From: an uncultured Gammaproteobacteria bacterium
GTDB taxonomy: Bacteria; Patescibacteriota; Microgenomatia; Daviesbacterales; UBA10151
Direction: 5' to 3'
NCBI GenBank assembly: GCA_964405655.1
Contig: CAYOOO010000006.1
Span: 3,671-67,670 of the forward strand
DNA length: 64,000 nucleotides
A model generated the notes under the pieces. The model searched no databases, was not told the DNA's origin, and saw only the letters and a program-made list of their open reading frames with translations. Every line of letters starts with the position of its first letter. Positions within the stretch are counted from its first letter, which is position 1. The position numbers and the translations under genes were made by a program. Positions 1 through 9,196 of the stretch are shown here, one piece after another.

Positions 1-30
1 GTTAGGTTTGATAATGTTAAAGTAACTACT

Positions 31-1839
31 TTGAACCCACCACCAGATCCATTTTTAGAGCTACCCTGGGACTATCAAGCTAAGGGGTTAAGCTTCAGTG
101 ATGCTGCAAATTCCATAAATTCATTTTTTGATCACGAGTATCCTCTGTTAAGTAGTGGACTAAGTGAACCACTAGAGATGAATAATTCAATTATTTTTTA
201 CAGAGATGGCGGAAGGTCATTTAATATGGATTACTCTTCTCATGATGGGTATGATTATGGATTACCAGCCAAAGTTAATCTAGAAGATCCTGTTCTAGCA
301 GCTGCTAGCGGTTGGGCAACCTACATGAACTCTTGCGGAGCTTGCGGTAATGCTATCCTAATTGATCATGGGAACGGTTATCAAACCAGGTATTATCATC
401 TTTTGAAAGATGGATTAGTGACAAATGTTTCTGGAAACAAAGTCTGGGTTAACTCAGGACAAGTAATAGGAAAAGTTGGTAGTACTGGTAGATCAACAGG
501 GGCGCATATCCATTTTATGGTGATACAAGATAAAAATAAAGATGGTAACTTTGAAGATAATATCCCTGATGGAATAACGGACCCTTTTGGCTGGCAATCA
601 GACAAGTTAGACCCGTGGCCTTTATATAGCTATAACTATACTGGTAAGAGAAGAACAGGTAATATAAGCTATTATCTTTGGAAAAATAAAATAGATGATT
701 TATCCCAAAATTTATCCAGTAATGGAGGGGTGTTTAAATTAGGAAAATATACCCTTGATTTTCCAGAAGATGCAACAGACCAGAGCTTAAATTTAGAAAT
801 AAAGTCCTCCCCTACCTCAAAACTTTCAAAGACTGTTAAGTCAATTGGAACTAATATAGTAGCTACTGTCAAAGATACTACTGGAAAAATTATCAGTAAA
901 TTTAAAAAGCTTTTTACAATTAAGTTAGATTTTAGTGGAATAAATTTATCAAAATATAAAAAGGAAACAATTTCTTTTTACTCAAGCGAAGATGGTGTGA
1001 ATTGGACCAAGGAAAATACTAATTTAGATCTAGCAAACAATTCTGCTGCTACTCAGGTAGACCATATGAGCTATTTTGCCTTAATGGCTGAGCGGATAGA
1101 TACTAGTCCTCCAACTACAATCCCTGTTTTTAAAGGCCAAATGGGAAAACAAAACTGGTTTAGGTCTGATGTGCAACTATCTTTTGAAGCTTTGGATAGC
1201 GGTTTAGGAGTAGATTATACGCTGTATAAATTAGAGGGAGGGGATTGGGAGATTTACAAAGACCCGCTTAGTTTTAGTAAAGCAGGGCATTTTAAAGTTA
1301 AGTTTTATTCAGCTGACAATGATGAAAATTTGGAAGATGTTAAATCTATTGAGTTTGATATTGATAAAAGTGCACCAGAGGCAAGAATTTTTATAGATCA
1401 AAATAGCAAAGATTTGGTTTTAGAAGGCATAGATAATAAAGAAACTGAGGTTCAAAAAACCAATAGTAAAAAAGCAAATGAGGCTAATTATCTTATCTCA
1501 GATCTGGCTGGAAATAGTCTAAAACTAGAAGTTAAAGATTTAGATAAAAGTAATTTAGATTTACTAAAAATTTATTCTTTAGACTACAATGATAATCCAA
1601 TAATTAAACTAGCTGATAATTCGCTTACTGTTAATTATATTGTGAATCCCAAGGATCCAAAAAAGACCATCATCCAGACTCAACAACTGCAAATAAATAA
1701 CAAAACAAACATAGTCATTAAGTATGACGCCTTAAAGAATCAAAGTTTAATAATAGATAAAAACTCCAAAACTTATAAAAGCGGGATGGTCTTGTTGCAA
1801 CTTAGTACTAATCAAGGTAACCTAGAATATAGATATTAA
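31..1839 (+). CDS. Peptidase M23 (LytM-type metalloendopeptidase) with long C-terminal beta-rich extension; reading frame stays open to window position 1, so likely 5'-partial or uses a non-ATG start (codon at 31 is TTG)
   Basis: M23 signature motifs in the N-terminal third: 'LIDHGNGYQTRYYHL' (HxxxD) and 'GKVGSTGRSTGAHIHFMV' (GxxGxTGxSTGpHLHF). Rest is Ser/Thr/Asn/Lys-rich, predicted extracellular. Confidence 0.75.
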   Translation: MNPPPDPFLELPWDYQAKGLSFSDAANSINSFFDHEYPLLSSGLSEPLEMNNSIIFYRDGGRSFNMDYSSHDGYDYGLPAKVNLEDPVLAAASGWATYMNSCGACGNAILIDHGNGYQTRYYHLLKDGLVTNVSGNKVWVNSGQVIGKVGSTGRSTGAHIHFMVIQDKNKDGNFEDNIPDGITDPFGWQSDKLDPWPLYSYNYTGKRRTGNISYYLWKNKIDDLSQNLSSNGGVFKLGKYTLDFPEDATDQSLNLEIKSSPTSKLSKTVKSIGTNIVATVKDTTGKIISKFKKLFTIKLDFSGINLSKYKKETISFYSSEDGVNWTKENTNLDLANNSAATQVDHMSYFALMAERIDTSPPTTIPVFKGQMGKQNWFRSDVQLSFEALDSGLGVDYTLYKLEGGDWEIYKDPLSFSKAGHFKVKFYSADNDENLEDVKSIEFDIDKSAPEARIFIDQNSKDLVLEGIDNKETEVQKTNSKKANEANYLISDLAGNSLKLEVKDLDKSNLDLLKIYSLDYNDNPIIKLADNSLTVNYIVNPKDPKKTIIQTQQLQINNKTNIVIKYDALKNQSLIIDKNSKTYKSGMVLLQLSTNQGNLEYRY

Positions 1840-1840
1840 T

Positions 1841-2374
1841 ATGAGAGTTTTAATAATTCTAACTCTACTTATTACTTTTATTATTTTAGGCTCATTCTAT
1901 CTTAGATATAATAAGCAAGCTCCTAAAATTGACAACCTTCCATCTTTACAGAGTTCTTCACCTTTTAAATCGAAAATCGATTCTGATTATTTATCGAAAA
2001 CTTTTGATTCAAAGACTATGAAATTTACTATACAAATACCTTCTAAATATACCATCCAAGATAACTCTCTTTCTGTGGATCTAGTTTTAGATAATTTAAA
2101 GATTAATATTACTAGAAATGGGACGAATTTTAGTAATCTTTCAGATTATATTAAAGATTTTAATTCTAAGAGGAGATTTGATTTAAAAGTATCTAAAAAA
2201 GAGTCGATTAATGGATACGATAGTTTATCGAGGTTAATCATATTACCAGATAATACTAATCAAAAGTCCTATTATATTTATGTGGACCATTGGGTCTATT
2301 CCCTTTCTACTTCTTCTGAGGCTCTTTATAGTGATTTAGATCAGATTGCTAAGTCTTTTAAATATAACCCCTAA
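1841..2374 (+). CDS. Hypothetical protein with N-terminal signal-anchor/TM helix
   Basis: 177-aa ORF starting immediately after previous stop; hydrophobic N-terminus 'VLIILTLLITFIILGSF'; no recognisable catalytic motif. Confidence 0.5.
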   Translation: MRVLIILTLLITFIILGSFYLRYNKQAPKIDNLPSLQSSSPFKSKIDSDYLSKTFDSKTMKFTIQIPSKYTIQDNSLSVDLVLDNLKINITRNGTNFSNLSDYIKDFNSKRRFDLKVSKKESINGYDSLSRLIILPDNTNQKSYYIYVDHWVYSLSTSSEALYSDLDQIAKSFKYNP

Positions 2375-2382
2375 TCCTTGCC

Positions 2383-2399
2383 TTTTTGCTTTGCAAAAA
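2383..2399 (+). terminator. Small AT-rich hairpin (TTTTTGC-TTT-GCAAAAA) just after the stop of 1841..2374
   Basis: Perfect 7-bp inverted repeat with 3-nt loop seen directly in sequence. No strong T-tract follows, so terminator function is uncertain. Confidence 0.25.
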
Positions 2400-2413
2400 C
2401 GTAATATATTAAT

Positions 2414-3973
2414 GTGAAGTTGATTAGAAAATATAAGTTTGAAATCCTTACCTTTTTAGTTGTCTCTATAGTCTACTTTGCTGCTAGAATCCCAAATTTG
2501 ACTTTGCAGCCTATTTTTGCAGATGAGGCAATTTATGTTAGATGGGCCCAAGTGATGAGAGCTGAACCTACTCTAAGGTTTTTACCCCTGTCTGATGGGA
2601 AAACACCCTTATTTATGTGGACTATGATCCCCCTTTTTAAAATTTTTTCTGACCCCCTCTTTGCTGGCAGGTTTTTATCTGTTATCTCAGGATATTTTAG
2701 CTTAATAGGGGTACTCTTTTTAGGCTGGAAGTTTTTTGGTGAGCAACTTACTCTATCAGGTAAAAGAGTTGGATTTTTAGCAGCAGCCTTGGTTGCTATT
2801 ACCCCCTTTATGGTCTTTTTTGACAGAATGGCTTTAGTGGATTCAATGTTGGCAGCTTTTTCTATCTGGTCTTTGAATTTAGCAATTTACCTGATTAAAT
2901 CTCCCAGATTAGATGTCTCAATGTTTTTAGGTTATGCACTGGGTGGAGGAGTCTTAACCAAACCACCTGGCTTTTTTAATGTACTCTCTCTCCCCCTTAC
3001 TCTATTCTTATTTAATTGGAAGGACAAGGAAAGACAGAAAAATATTATTAGAATTTTTGGATATTGGCTAATAGCTATTTTTATATCCCTAGTTATCTAT
3101 AATGTTTTAAGATTAGGACCAGGTTTTGTTAATTTAAACTCAAGAAATCAGGACTATGTTAGGTCTCCTGGAGAATTATTAATTAGACCTTGGGATCCGC
3201 TGCTGCCCCACTTTAGAGATTTAGTGGGTATTAGTTTAAGTTTTTTTGGGTTACCTATTTCCCTGGCTATTATTTTAGGAATTTTAATGGCTTTAATTAA
3301 AAGAAATAGCCTGTCAATTACTATTTTACTTTGGGCTCTCTTTCCTCTAATTGTTCAGATGGTCATACTCAAAACTTTTACTGCCCGCTATGTACTTTTT
3401 TCTTTGCCTCCCCTATTGACTTTGGCTGCATGGGCTATTTTGGAAATTTTTAATCTTAAATTTTTTAAGTTGATTTATTTTAGAGTAGCTTTGCTTATAA
3501 TAATTATTGCTTGGCCTGTTTACTTTTTAGGAACTCTTTTAACTAACCCTGAATCTGCACCTCTTTTTAGGAATGAGAGAAGAGGTTACTTAGAAGACTG
3601 GACTGCAGGTTATGGATTAAAAGATATTGCCCAGTTCTTAGACCAAAAGTCTAAGGAAGGTTTTGTAGTTGTGGGAACTGAGGGAAGTTTTGGAACACTA
3701 CCCGATGGACTACAAATTTATTTAGATAGAAATAGGCAGGTGGCAGTGGTGGGAGGAAGAGCAACTGTTTCAGCTCAATTGCGACAAGCCTCAACTGAGC
3801 ACCCAACTTATTTTGTTACCAATAAATCCCGTTATCAAATTTTAGATAGGGAAATTGAATTGATTAAAGAGTACAAAAAAGCTGTCCCAACAAATAGCGA
3901 ATTTATGCAGGATGCAATGTTACTTTTTCAAGTATTTCCCCTAAAAGAAGCTTCTCCCTCAGCTAAGAATTAA
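2414..3973 (+). CDS. GT-C fold membrane glycosyltransferase, PMT/ArnT-like (GT39/GT83-type), divergent member; GTG start
   Basis: Polytopic membrane protein with 'FADEAIYVRWAQ' DE motif in the first extracytoplasmic loop, as in ArnT/PMT; C-terminal soluble domain. Confidence 0.6.
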   Translation: MKLIRKYKFEILTFLVVSIVYFAARIPNLTLQPIFADEAIYVRWAQVMRAEPTLRFLPLSDGKTPLFMWTMIPLFKIFSDPLFAGRFLSVISGYFSLIGVLFLGWKFFGEQLTLSGKRVGFLAAALVAITPFMVFFDRMALVDSMLAAFSIWSLNLAIYLIKSPRLDVSMFLGYALGGGVLTKPPGFFNVLSLPLTLFLFNWKDKERQKNIIRIFGYWLIAIFISLVIYNVLRLGPGFVNLNSRNQDYVRSPGELLIRPWDPLLPHFRDLVGISLSFFGLPISLAIILGILMALIKRNSLSITILLWALFPLIVQMVILKTFTARYVLFSLPPLLTLAAWAILEIFNLKFFKLIYFRVALLIIIIAWPVYFLGTLLTNPESAPLFRNERRGYLEDWTAGYGLKDIAQFLDQKSKEGFVVVGTEGSFGTLPDGLQIYLDRNRQVAVVGGRATVSAQLRQASTEHPTYFVTNKSRYQILDREIELIKEYKKAVPTNSEFMQDAMLLFQVFPLKEASPSAKN

Positions 3974-5400
3974 TGGATTTACAAGAACTAAATAAACGAC
4001 TAATATCTGGATTTTTAACTTTAACTTTTAGAAGGGCTGCGCTTTACGCCATCAGATTTGCAACCATTAATTTAATTTTGGCTAGGATTTTGGAGCCAGG
4101 AGTTATTGGTATTTTTAATATTGCTAATTCGATCCTTGCCTTCTTTACTTTTTTTTCTGATATAGGACTGGCAGCAGCGCTGATTCAAAAAAAAGAGCTT
4201 AGTAAAGAAGATTTAAAAACAACCTTTACTATACAAGTAATTTTGGCTGGTTTGGTCAGTTTAATGGTTTGGATAATTGCTCCAATCATTGCGCCTTTTT
4301 ACTCACTAGATAGTAGTGGTATTTGGTTGGTGAGGGCTCTGAGCATTGGCTTTTTACTTACTTCATTCAAAGTTCTCCCGTCAGTTTTACTTGAACGGGA
4401 ATTAAAATTTGGACCATTAGTTTTTGTTGAAATAGTGGAAACTTTAGCTTTTTGCTCAAGCTTGATTTGGCTAAGTTTTTCTGGATTTGAGATCAACGGA
4501 TTTAGCATCTCGACTCTTTTGCAAAGTATTACTGGGGTAATATTAATCTACACCATTGCTCCTTGGAGAATCTCTTTAGGTTTCTCAAAAGCTGCTGCTA
4601 AGTCATTATTAAATTTTGGTATCCCTTTTCAACTTAATTCAATACTGGCACTTTTAAAGGATAGATTAGTGCCATTGGTAATTGCTAATATTGTTGGTCC
4701 AACAGGAGTAGGCTTTATTACTTGGGCTCAAGGAATAGCCTTTTTACCACTTGAGGTAATGAACATTATTATCAGAATTACTTTTCCAGCCTTCTCAAGA
4801 TTACAGGATGATCGGAGGTCTCTTAAGCTAACTTTAGAAAAATCGCTTTTTGTAACAGCACTTTTTTTATACCCACTTTTATTTGGACTGTTGGCAATTG
4901 CCCCCTCACTTGTTAAAGAAGTTGTCTCAAGTAAATGGCAGCCAGCTTTACCGTTAATTTATCTTTTCGCAGTTAATACTTTTTGGGCAACTCTTTCGAC
5001 TGTTTTTACAAATGTTCTAAACTCTATTGGGAAGATTAGTATCACCTTAAAATTAATGATTTTTTGGACGATCATCACTTGGTTACTGACACCACCACTA
5101 ACGCTTATCTTTGGTTTTATTGGAGTTGCCATTGCTTCGGCGATTATTTCTTTTACCTCACTTTTACCAATAATTATTATCAAAAAAATTATTAATGTTG
5201 AGATTGTCAAAAGTATCTGGCAACCAATTTTGGCCTCAGCAGTTATGGCTCTAGTAGTTTACTTGTTCTCATCAATCTATGTTAGAAACCTTCTTGAACT
5301 TTTGGTGGTAGTTTTAATGGGTGGATTTATTTATCTTCTACTAATAATTATAATTGCTCAAAAAGCCATCAAAGAAAATATCGGACAGTTTAAAATATAA
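3973..5400 (+). CDS. MOP-superfamily polysaccharide/oligosaccharide flippase (Wzx-like)
   Basis: 475 aa, about 12-14 TM segments; N-terminal 'polysaccharide biosynthesis protein' style sequence ('...IRFATINLILARILEP...GIFNIANSILAFF...'); overlaps upstream stop by 1 nt. Confidence 0.6.
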   Translation: MDLQELNKRLISGFLTLTFRRAALYAIRFATINLILARILEPGVIGIFNIANSILAFFTFFSDIGLAAALIQKKELSKEDLKTTFTIQVILAGLVSLMVWIIAPIIAPFYSLDSSGIWLVRALSIGFLLTSFKVLPSVLLERELKFGPLVFVEIVETLAFCSSLIWLSFSGFEINGFSISTLLQSITGVILIYTIAPWRISLGFSKAAAKSLLNFGIPFQLNSILALLKDRLVPLVIANIVGPTGVGFITWAQGIAFLPLEVMNIIIRITFPAFSRLQDDRRSLKLTLEKSLFVTALFLYPLLFGLLAIAPSLVKEVVSSKWQPALPLIYLFAVNTFWATLSTVFTNVLNSIGKISITLKLMIFWTIITWLLTPPLTLIFGFIGVAIASAIISFTSLLPIIIIKKIINVEIVKSIWQPILASAVMALVVYLFSSIYVRNLLELLVVVLMGGFIYLLLIIIIAQKAIKENIGQFKI

Positions 5401-5480
5401 TGAGTTTAAAGAAACTTAATTAGGCCCCTTTTGAGCCACTCTTATTGATTAATTAGGTCTATAAATTTAAGATTAATTTA

Positions 5481-6392
5481 ATGAACGGAAAGATAACAGT
5501 TATTATTAATACGCTTAATGAAGAAAAGAATATTGAAAGGGCAATTAAAAGCGTAGATTGGGCTGATGAAATTTTGGTTTGTGATATGCACTCAGATGAC
5601 CAAACTGCGGTCTTAGCTAAAAGGTTGGGAGCAACTGTTTTTTTTCATAAAAGAACCGGTTATGTTGAGCCAGCACGCAACTTTACTATCTCTAAGGCTT
5701 CGCATGAATGGATCTTGATTTTGGATGCGGATGAAGAAATACCCGAAAGTCTGGCAGGTAGACTTAAGGAAATGGTTAGGAAGCCGATAGTTTCAACCTT
5801 TGTGGAAATACCCAGAAAAAATATTATCTTCGGAAAGTGGATGAAAGCTTCAATGTGGTGGCCTGATTACAATATTAGATTTTTTAAATCTGGCTTTGTT
5901 ACTTGGGGCGACAAGATTCACCGCCCACCCAAAACAGAAGGTCAAGGGATTAAATTACCAGCTGAGGAAAGGTGGGCAATTATCCACCATCATTATCAGA
6001 CAATTAGTCAGTTTGTTGAGCGGATGAACCGCTATAGTGATATTCAAGCTAGGCAGCTGAGACAAGAGGGTGTTGAATTTAACTGGACAGATTTAATTAA
6101 TAAACCATTAAGTGAGTTTCTAGGCAGGTTTTTTGCCAATAGAGGATTTCAAGATGGACTGCATGGATTAGCACTTTCCTTATTGCAAGCCTTATCCTTT
6201 GTCTTAGTTTATCTTAAACTTTGGCAAATGGATGAGTTTAAACATCAAGAAATAAAGTTAGAAGACTTCAAAACAGAGACCAATAAGGGTGGGGAAGAGA
6301 TAGATTACTGGTTCAAATACGGCAACCTGTCTAAGAACCCAATTAAAAAATTCTTGCAAAGAGTCAAAAATAAGAACCCTTTTAGCTCGTAG
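5481..6392 (+). CDS. Glycosyltransferase family 2 (WaaE/KdtX-like)
   Basis: 'ITVIINTLNEEKNIERAIKSV' N-terminal GT2 motif, 'LVCDMHSDDQT', DxD 'ILDADEE'. Confidence 0.75.
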   Translation: MNGKITVIINTLNEEKNIERAIKSVDWADEILVCDMHSDDQTAVLAKRLGATVFFHKRTGYVEPARNFTISKASHEWILILDADEEIPESLAGRLKEMVRKPIVSTFVEIPRKNIIFGKWMKASMWWPDYNIRFFKSGFVTWGDKIHRPPKTEGQGIKLPAEERWAIIHHHYQTISQFVERMNRYSDIQARQLRQEGVEFNWTDLINKPLSEFLGRFFANRGFQDGLHGLALSLLQALSFVLVYLKLWQMDEFKHQEIKLEDFKTETNKGGEEIDYWFKYGNLSKNPIKKFLQRVKNKNPFSS

Positions 6393-6431
6393 TATAAATA
6401 ACGATACTACTCTCATAAAAGGAACCTTGCC

Positions 6432-6446
6432 TTCGCCTTTGGCGAA
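6432..6446 (+). promoter_or_regulatory. GC-rich inverted repeat TTCGCC-TTT-GGCGAA in a 65-nt intergenic gap
   Basis: Perfect 6-bp stem/3-nt loop seen in sequence between stop at 6392 and start at 6458; possible terminator or operator. Confidence 0.2.
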
Positions 6447-6457
6447 CTTAAATTCTA

Positions 6458-7309
6458 ATGAAAAAAGTTGGAGTAGTAATTCTCAACTATAAGGTAAAAG
6501 ACTATGCAGTCAGATGTCTTAAGTCAGTTATAAACAGCTCATATAAAAATCTAAAAATTTATCTTGTGGATAACAATTCTGAGGATGGGATTGAGAGTGA
6601 GTTGGATAAATATAATAAGGTTATCTTTATTCAGACAGGTGCTAACTTAGGATATACTGGTGGAAATAATATAGGTATTAAAACAGCTTTAAGTGAAAGT
6701 TGCGACTATGTTTTTATTCTTAATCCAGATACAGAAGTAGCAAAAGATACCATTGAAATCCTAATGACTAAAGCAGATGAGTATCAGGCAGGTATTGTTA
6801 CCCCAAAGATTTATTATGGTCAGACTAACATTATCTGGTATGCAGGTAAGAAACTTGATTTGGATAATGTTTTAGGAGTTCACATTGGAGTTGATCAGCA
6901 AGATCAGGGTCAATTTGATCAAGATAGGGAAACAGATGACATTACTGGTGCAGCAATGTTTATAGGTAAGGAAGTCTTTGAAAAAGTTGGTCTGTTGGAC
7001 GAGAAATATTTCCTGTATTATGAAGAGAGCGATTTTGCCTATCGGGCCAAAAAGATGGGATTTAAGCTAATGTATATTTACTCTGCTAGAGTCTATCATG
7101 ACAATGCTAAAGCTACAGGCTTAGGTTCACCTCTTCAAGATTACTTTATAACTCGCAACCGAATGCTCTTTGCTTCAAAATTCCTATCCCTTAGGACTCA
7201 GTTTGCATTATTTAGAGAAGCAATGAGAAATTTTAAAAACAAAACCAGAAGACAAGCCTTAGTAGATTTTTTAACAGGAAATTTTGGTAAAGGAAGTTTT
7301 TTGAAATGA
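6458..7309 (+). CDS. Glycosyltransferase family 2 (rhamnosyl/hexosyltransferase-like)
   Basis: 'VGVVILNYKVKDY...', 'YLVDNNSEDG', 'GYTGGNNIG', 'NPDTEV' GT2-A motifs. Confidence 0.75.
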   Translation: MKKVGVVILNYKVKDYAVRCLKSVINSSYKNLKIYLVDNNSEDGIESELDKYNKVIFIQTGANLGYTGGNNIGIKTALSESCDYVFILNPDTEVAKDTIEILMTKADEYQAGIVTPKIYYGQTNIIWYAGKKLDLDNVLGVHIGVDQQDQGQFDQDRETDDITGAAMFIGKEVFEKVGLLDEKYFLYYEESDFAYRAKKMGFKLMYIYSARVYHDNAKATGLGSPLQDYFITRNRMLFASKFLSLRTQFALFREAMRNFKNKTRRQALVDFLTGNFGKGSFLK

Positions 7310-8109
7310 TCTCAGTAGTTTTAATTACTAAAGATGAAGAAAAAATGCTAAAAGGCTGTTTGGAATCAGTCAAGTGGGCGGATGAAGTTGTGATTGTTGA
7401 CAACGGTTCAACGGATAAGACCTTAGAAATTGCCAAAAATTATACTGATAAGATTTTTAATTCAGCAGAGCTTGATTATGCTTGGCTTCGCAATTTAGGA
7501 ATGGAAAAATCTAAAGGAGATTGGGTGCTCTATGTAGATGCTGATGAAAGAATACTCTCTGAACTGAAAATGGAACTTATTGATTTGGTTAATCAGACAG
7601 ATTGCTCTGCATTTGCACTCTCTAGGAGGAATATTATTTTTGGTACTGAGGTCAGTTATGGTCCTTTTAAAAAAGATTGGATGATTAAACTTCTTAAAAG
7701 AGCAGATTTTGAGACATGGGTAGGAAAGGTCCATGAATATGCCAAGTTCAAAGGTAAAGTAGGCTATAGCCAAAATTCTTTACTTCACTTAACTCATCGT
7801 GGAATAGATCAAATAGTTGCTAAAAGTTTAATTTGGTCAAAAATTGATGCTAAGTTAAGACTTGAGGCGCATCATCCTAAGATGAGTTCTTGGCGTTTTT
7901 TTAGAATTCTCATAACAGAACTTTTTTATCAGGGGGTCATAAGGAGGGGATTTTTTGCAGGTACAATCGGGGTTATGGATTCAATACTGCAAACCTTTAG
8001 TTTATTAATAACCTATGTCAGACTATGGGAGTTGCAGCAGCCAAAGAATCTTGAGGAAATTTATCAGGAGATTGATAGAAAACTGATTGAAAATAACTTT
8101 AAATTTTAA
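7306..8109 (+). CDS. Glycosyltransferase family 2 (paralog of 5481..6392 and 33980..34840)
   Basis: 'ISVVLITKDEEKMLKGCLESVKWADEVVIVDNGSTDKT', 'YVDADE'; ATGA overlap with upstream gene. Confidence 0.75.
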   Translation: MISVVLITKDEEKMLKGCLESVKWADEVVIVDNGSTDKTLEIAKNYTDKIFNSAELDYAWLRNLGMEKSKGDWVLYVDADERILSELKMELIDLVNQTDCSAFALSRRNIIFGTEVSYGPFKKDWMIKLLKRADFETWVGKVHEYAKFKGKVGYSQNSLLHLTHRGIDQIVAKSLIWSKIDAKLRLEAHHPKMSSWRFFRILITELFYQGVIRRGFFAGTIGVMDSILQTFSLLITYVRLWELQQPKNLEEIYQEIDRKLIENNFKF

Positions 8110-8113
8110 TTTG

Positions 8114-9196
8114 ATGAGAGTTGGAATTTATACACCCTATCTTGATACTTTTGGTGGAGGCGAGCGATACATGCTAACCATCGCAGAAATTCTGTCCAAA
8201 GATCATGAGGTTGAACTGCTAGTTGGTACAAATTTCTTAAATAAAGATGTAGAAAGATTAAAGGAAGATTTATCCATTCATCTAAATATAGACTTATCAA
8301 GAATAAAGATTGTTTCAGCTCCGATTGGAGAAGGAAGCAGTTTTTTATTAAGACTTCTTTTTTTGAAAAAATACAATTTACTTTTTTGTTTAACAGACGG
8401 AAGTATCTTTTATTCAACTGCTGGTAAGAATATTTTACATATTCAAACACCCATCTTTAATGATCAGCTAGATGCAGTTTGGAATAGGATTAAGTTATCA
8501 AGTTGGGATTTAGTAATCTTCAATTCGGAATTTACCAAAAATAATATCTTTGGATATCAAAAGATAAAAAGTAAAGTTATATATCCACCTGTTAATACGG
8601 AAGTTATCAGGCCTTTTGATAAAAAGAAACAAATTTTATCAGTCGGTAGGTTTTTTGGATTTCTAAGGGAAAAAAAGCATGAAATCATGATCAAAGTGTT
8701 CAAAGATTTGTTGGGAGAAAGAAAGGCTAAAGGTTGGAGTTTGCACTTAGTTGGGTCTGCCTCTTTGGGAGATAAAATCTATATTGATGAACTGAAAAAT
8801 TTAACTACAAATTTACCGATATTTTTTTATCCTAATTTAAAGTTTAGTAACCTCATTAAGCTATACGGAGAATCGAGTATTTATTGGCACGCTGCAGGTT
8901 TCGGGGAAGAAGACCCATCTAAAATGGAACATTTTGGGATAACAGTGGTTGAAGCGATGGCAGCAGGATGTGTACCAGTGGTCATAAATAAAGGTGGACT
9001 AAAAGAAATTATTGAGGATAAAAAATCAGGATATTTTTGGAATGAGGTAAATGAGTTAAAAGAAATAACGCTTAATCTTATTGCCAATCCTAAAAAAATG
9101 AGATCTCTTTCTAAACAAGCCGAAAAGCGTGGTCAAAATTTTTCCAAAGCAGAATTTACCAAGAAGCTGTTATCAACCATCAATGAAGTTGTTTAG
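8114..9196 (+). CDS. Glycosyltransferase family 4 (GT-B, retaining); start placed at ATG 8114 (track gives 8087, which overlaps upstream gene)
   Basis: C-terminal GT4 signature 'EHFGITVVEAMAAGCVPVV' (EX7E-type). Confidence 0.7.
   Translation: MRVGIYTPYLDTFGGGERYMLTIAEILSKDHEVELLVGTNFLNKDVERLKEDLSIHLNIDLSRIKIVSAPIGEGSSFLLRLLFLKKYNLLFCLTDGSIFYSTAGKNILHIQTPIFNDQLDAVWNRIKLSSWDLVIFNSEFTKNNIFGYQKIKSKVIYPPVNTEVIRPFDKKKQILSVGRFFGFLREKKHEIMIKVFKDLLGERKAKGWSLHLVGSASLGDKIYIDELKNLTTNLPIFFYPNLKFSNLIKLYGESSIYWHAAGFGEEDPSKMEHFGITVVEAMAAGCVPVVINKGGLKEIIEDKKSGYFWNEVNELKEITLNLIANPKKMRSLSKQAEKRGQNFSKAEFTKKLLSTINEVV

Noticed and set aside
396-872. Two small minus-strand ORFs (396..605, 672..872) inside the M23 peptidase gene
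   Set aside because: Fully antisense to a long, motif-bearing ORF; no start context, low-complexity translations; typical shadow ORFs of AT-rich DNA.
4299-5210. Minus-strand ORFs 4299..4508 and 4959..5210 within the flippase gene
   Set aside because: Antisense to a 475-aa membrane protein ORF with consistent hydrophobic periodicity; shadow ORFs.
5401-5480. Duplicated 'ttaattagg' 9-mer in the 80-nt gap before 5481
   Set aside because: Too short and AT-rich to distinguish from chance in this composition; no dyad symmetry.
9129-9182. Track start (9129) of the membrane protein and track start (8087) of the GT4
   Set aside because: Both create long overlaps (68 and 23 nt) with upstream genes; internal ATGs at 9183 and 8114 give conventional short overlaps/gaps, so the downstream starts were preferred (uncertain).
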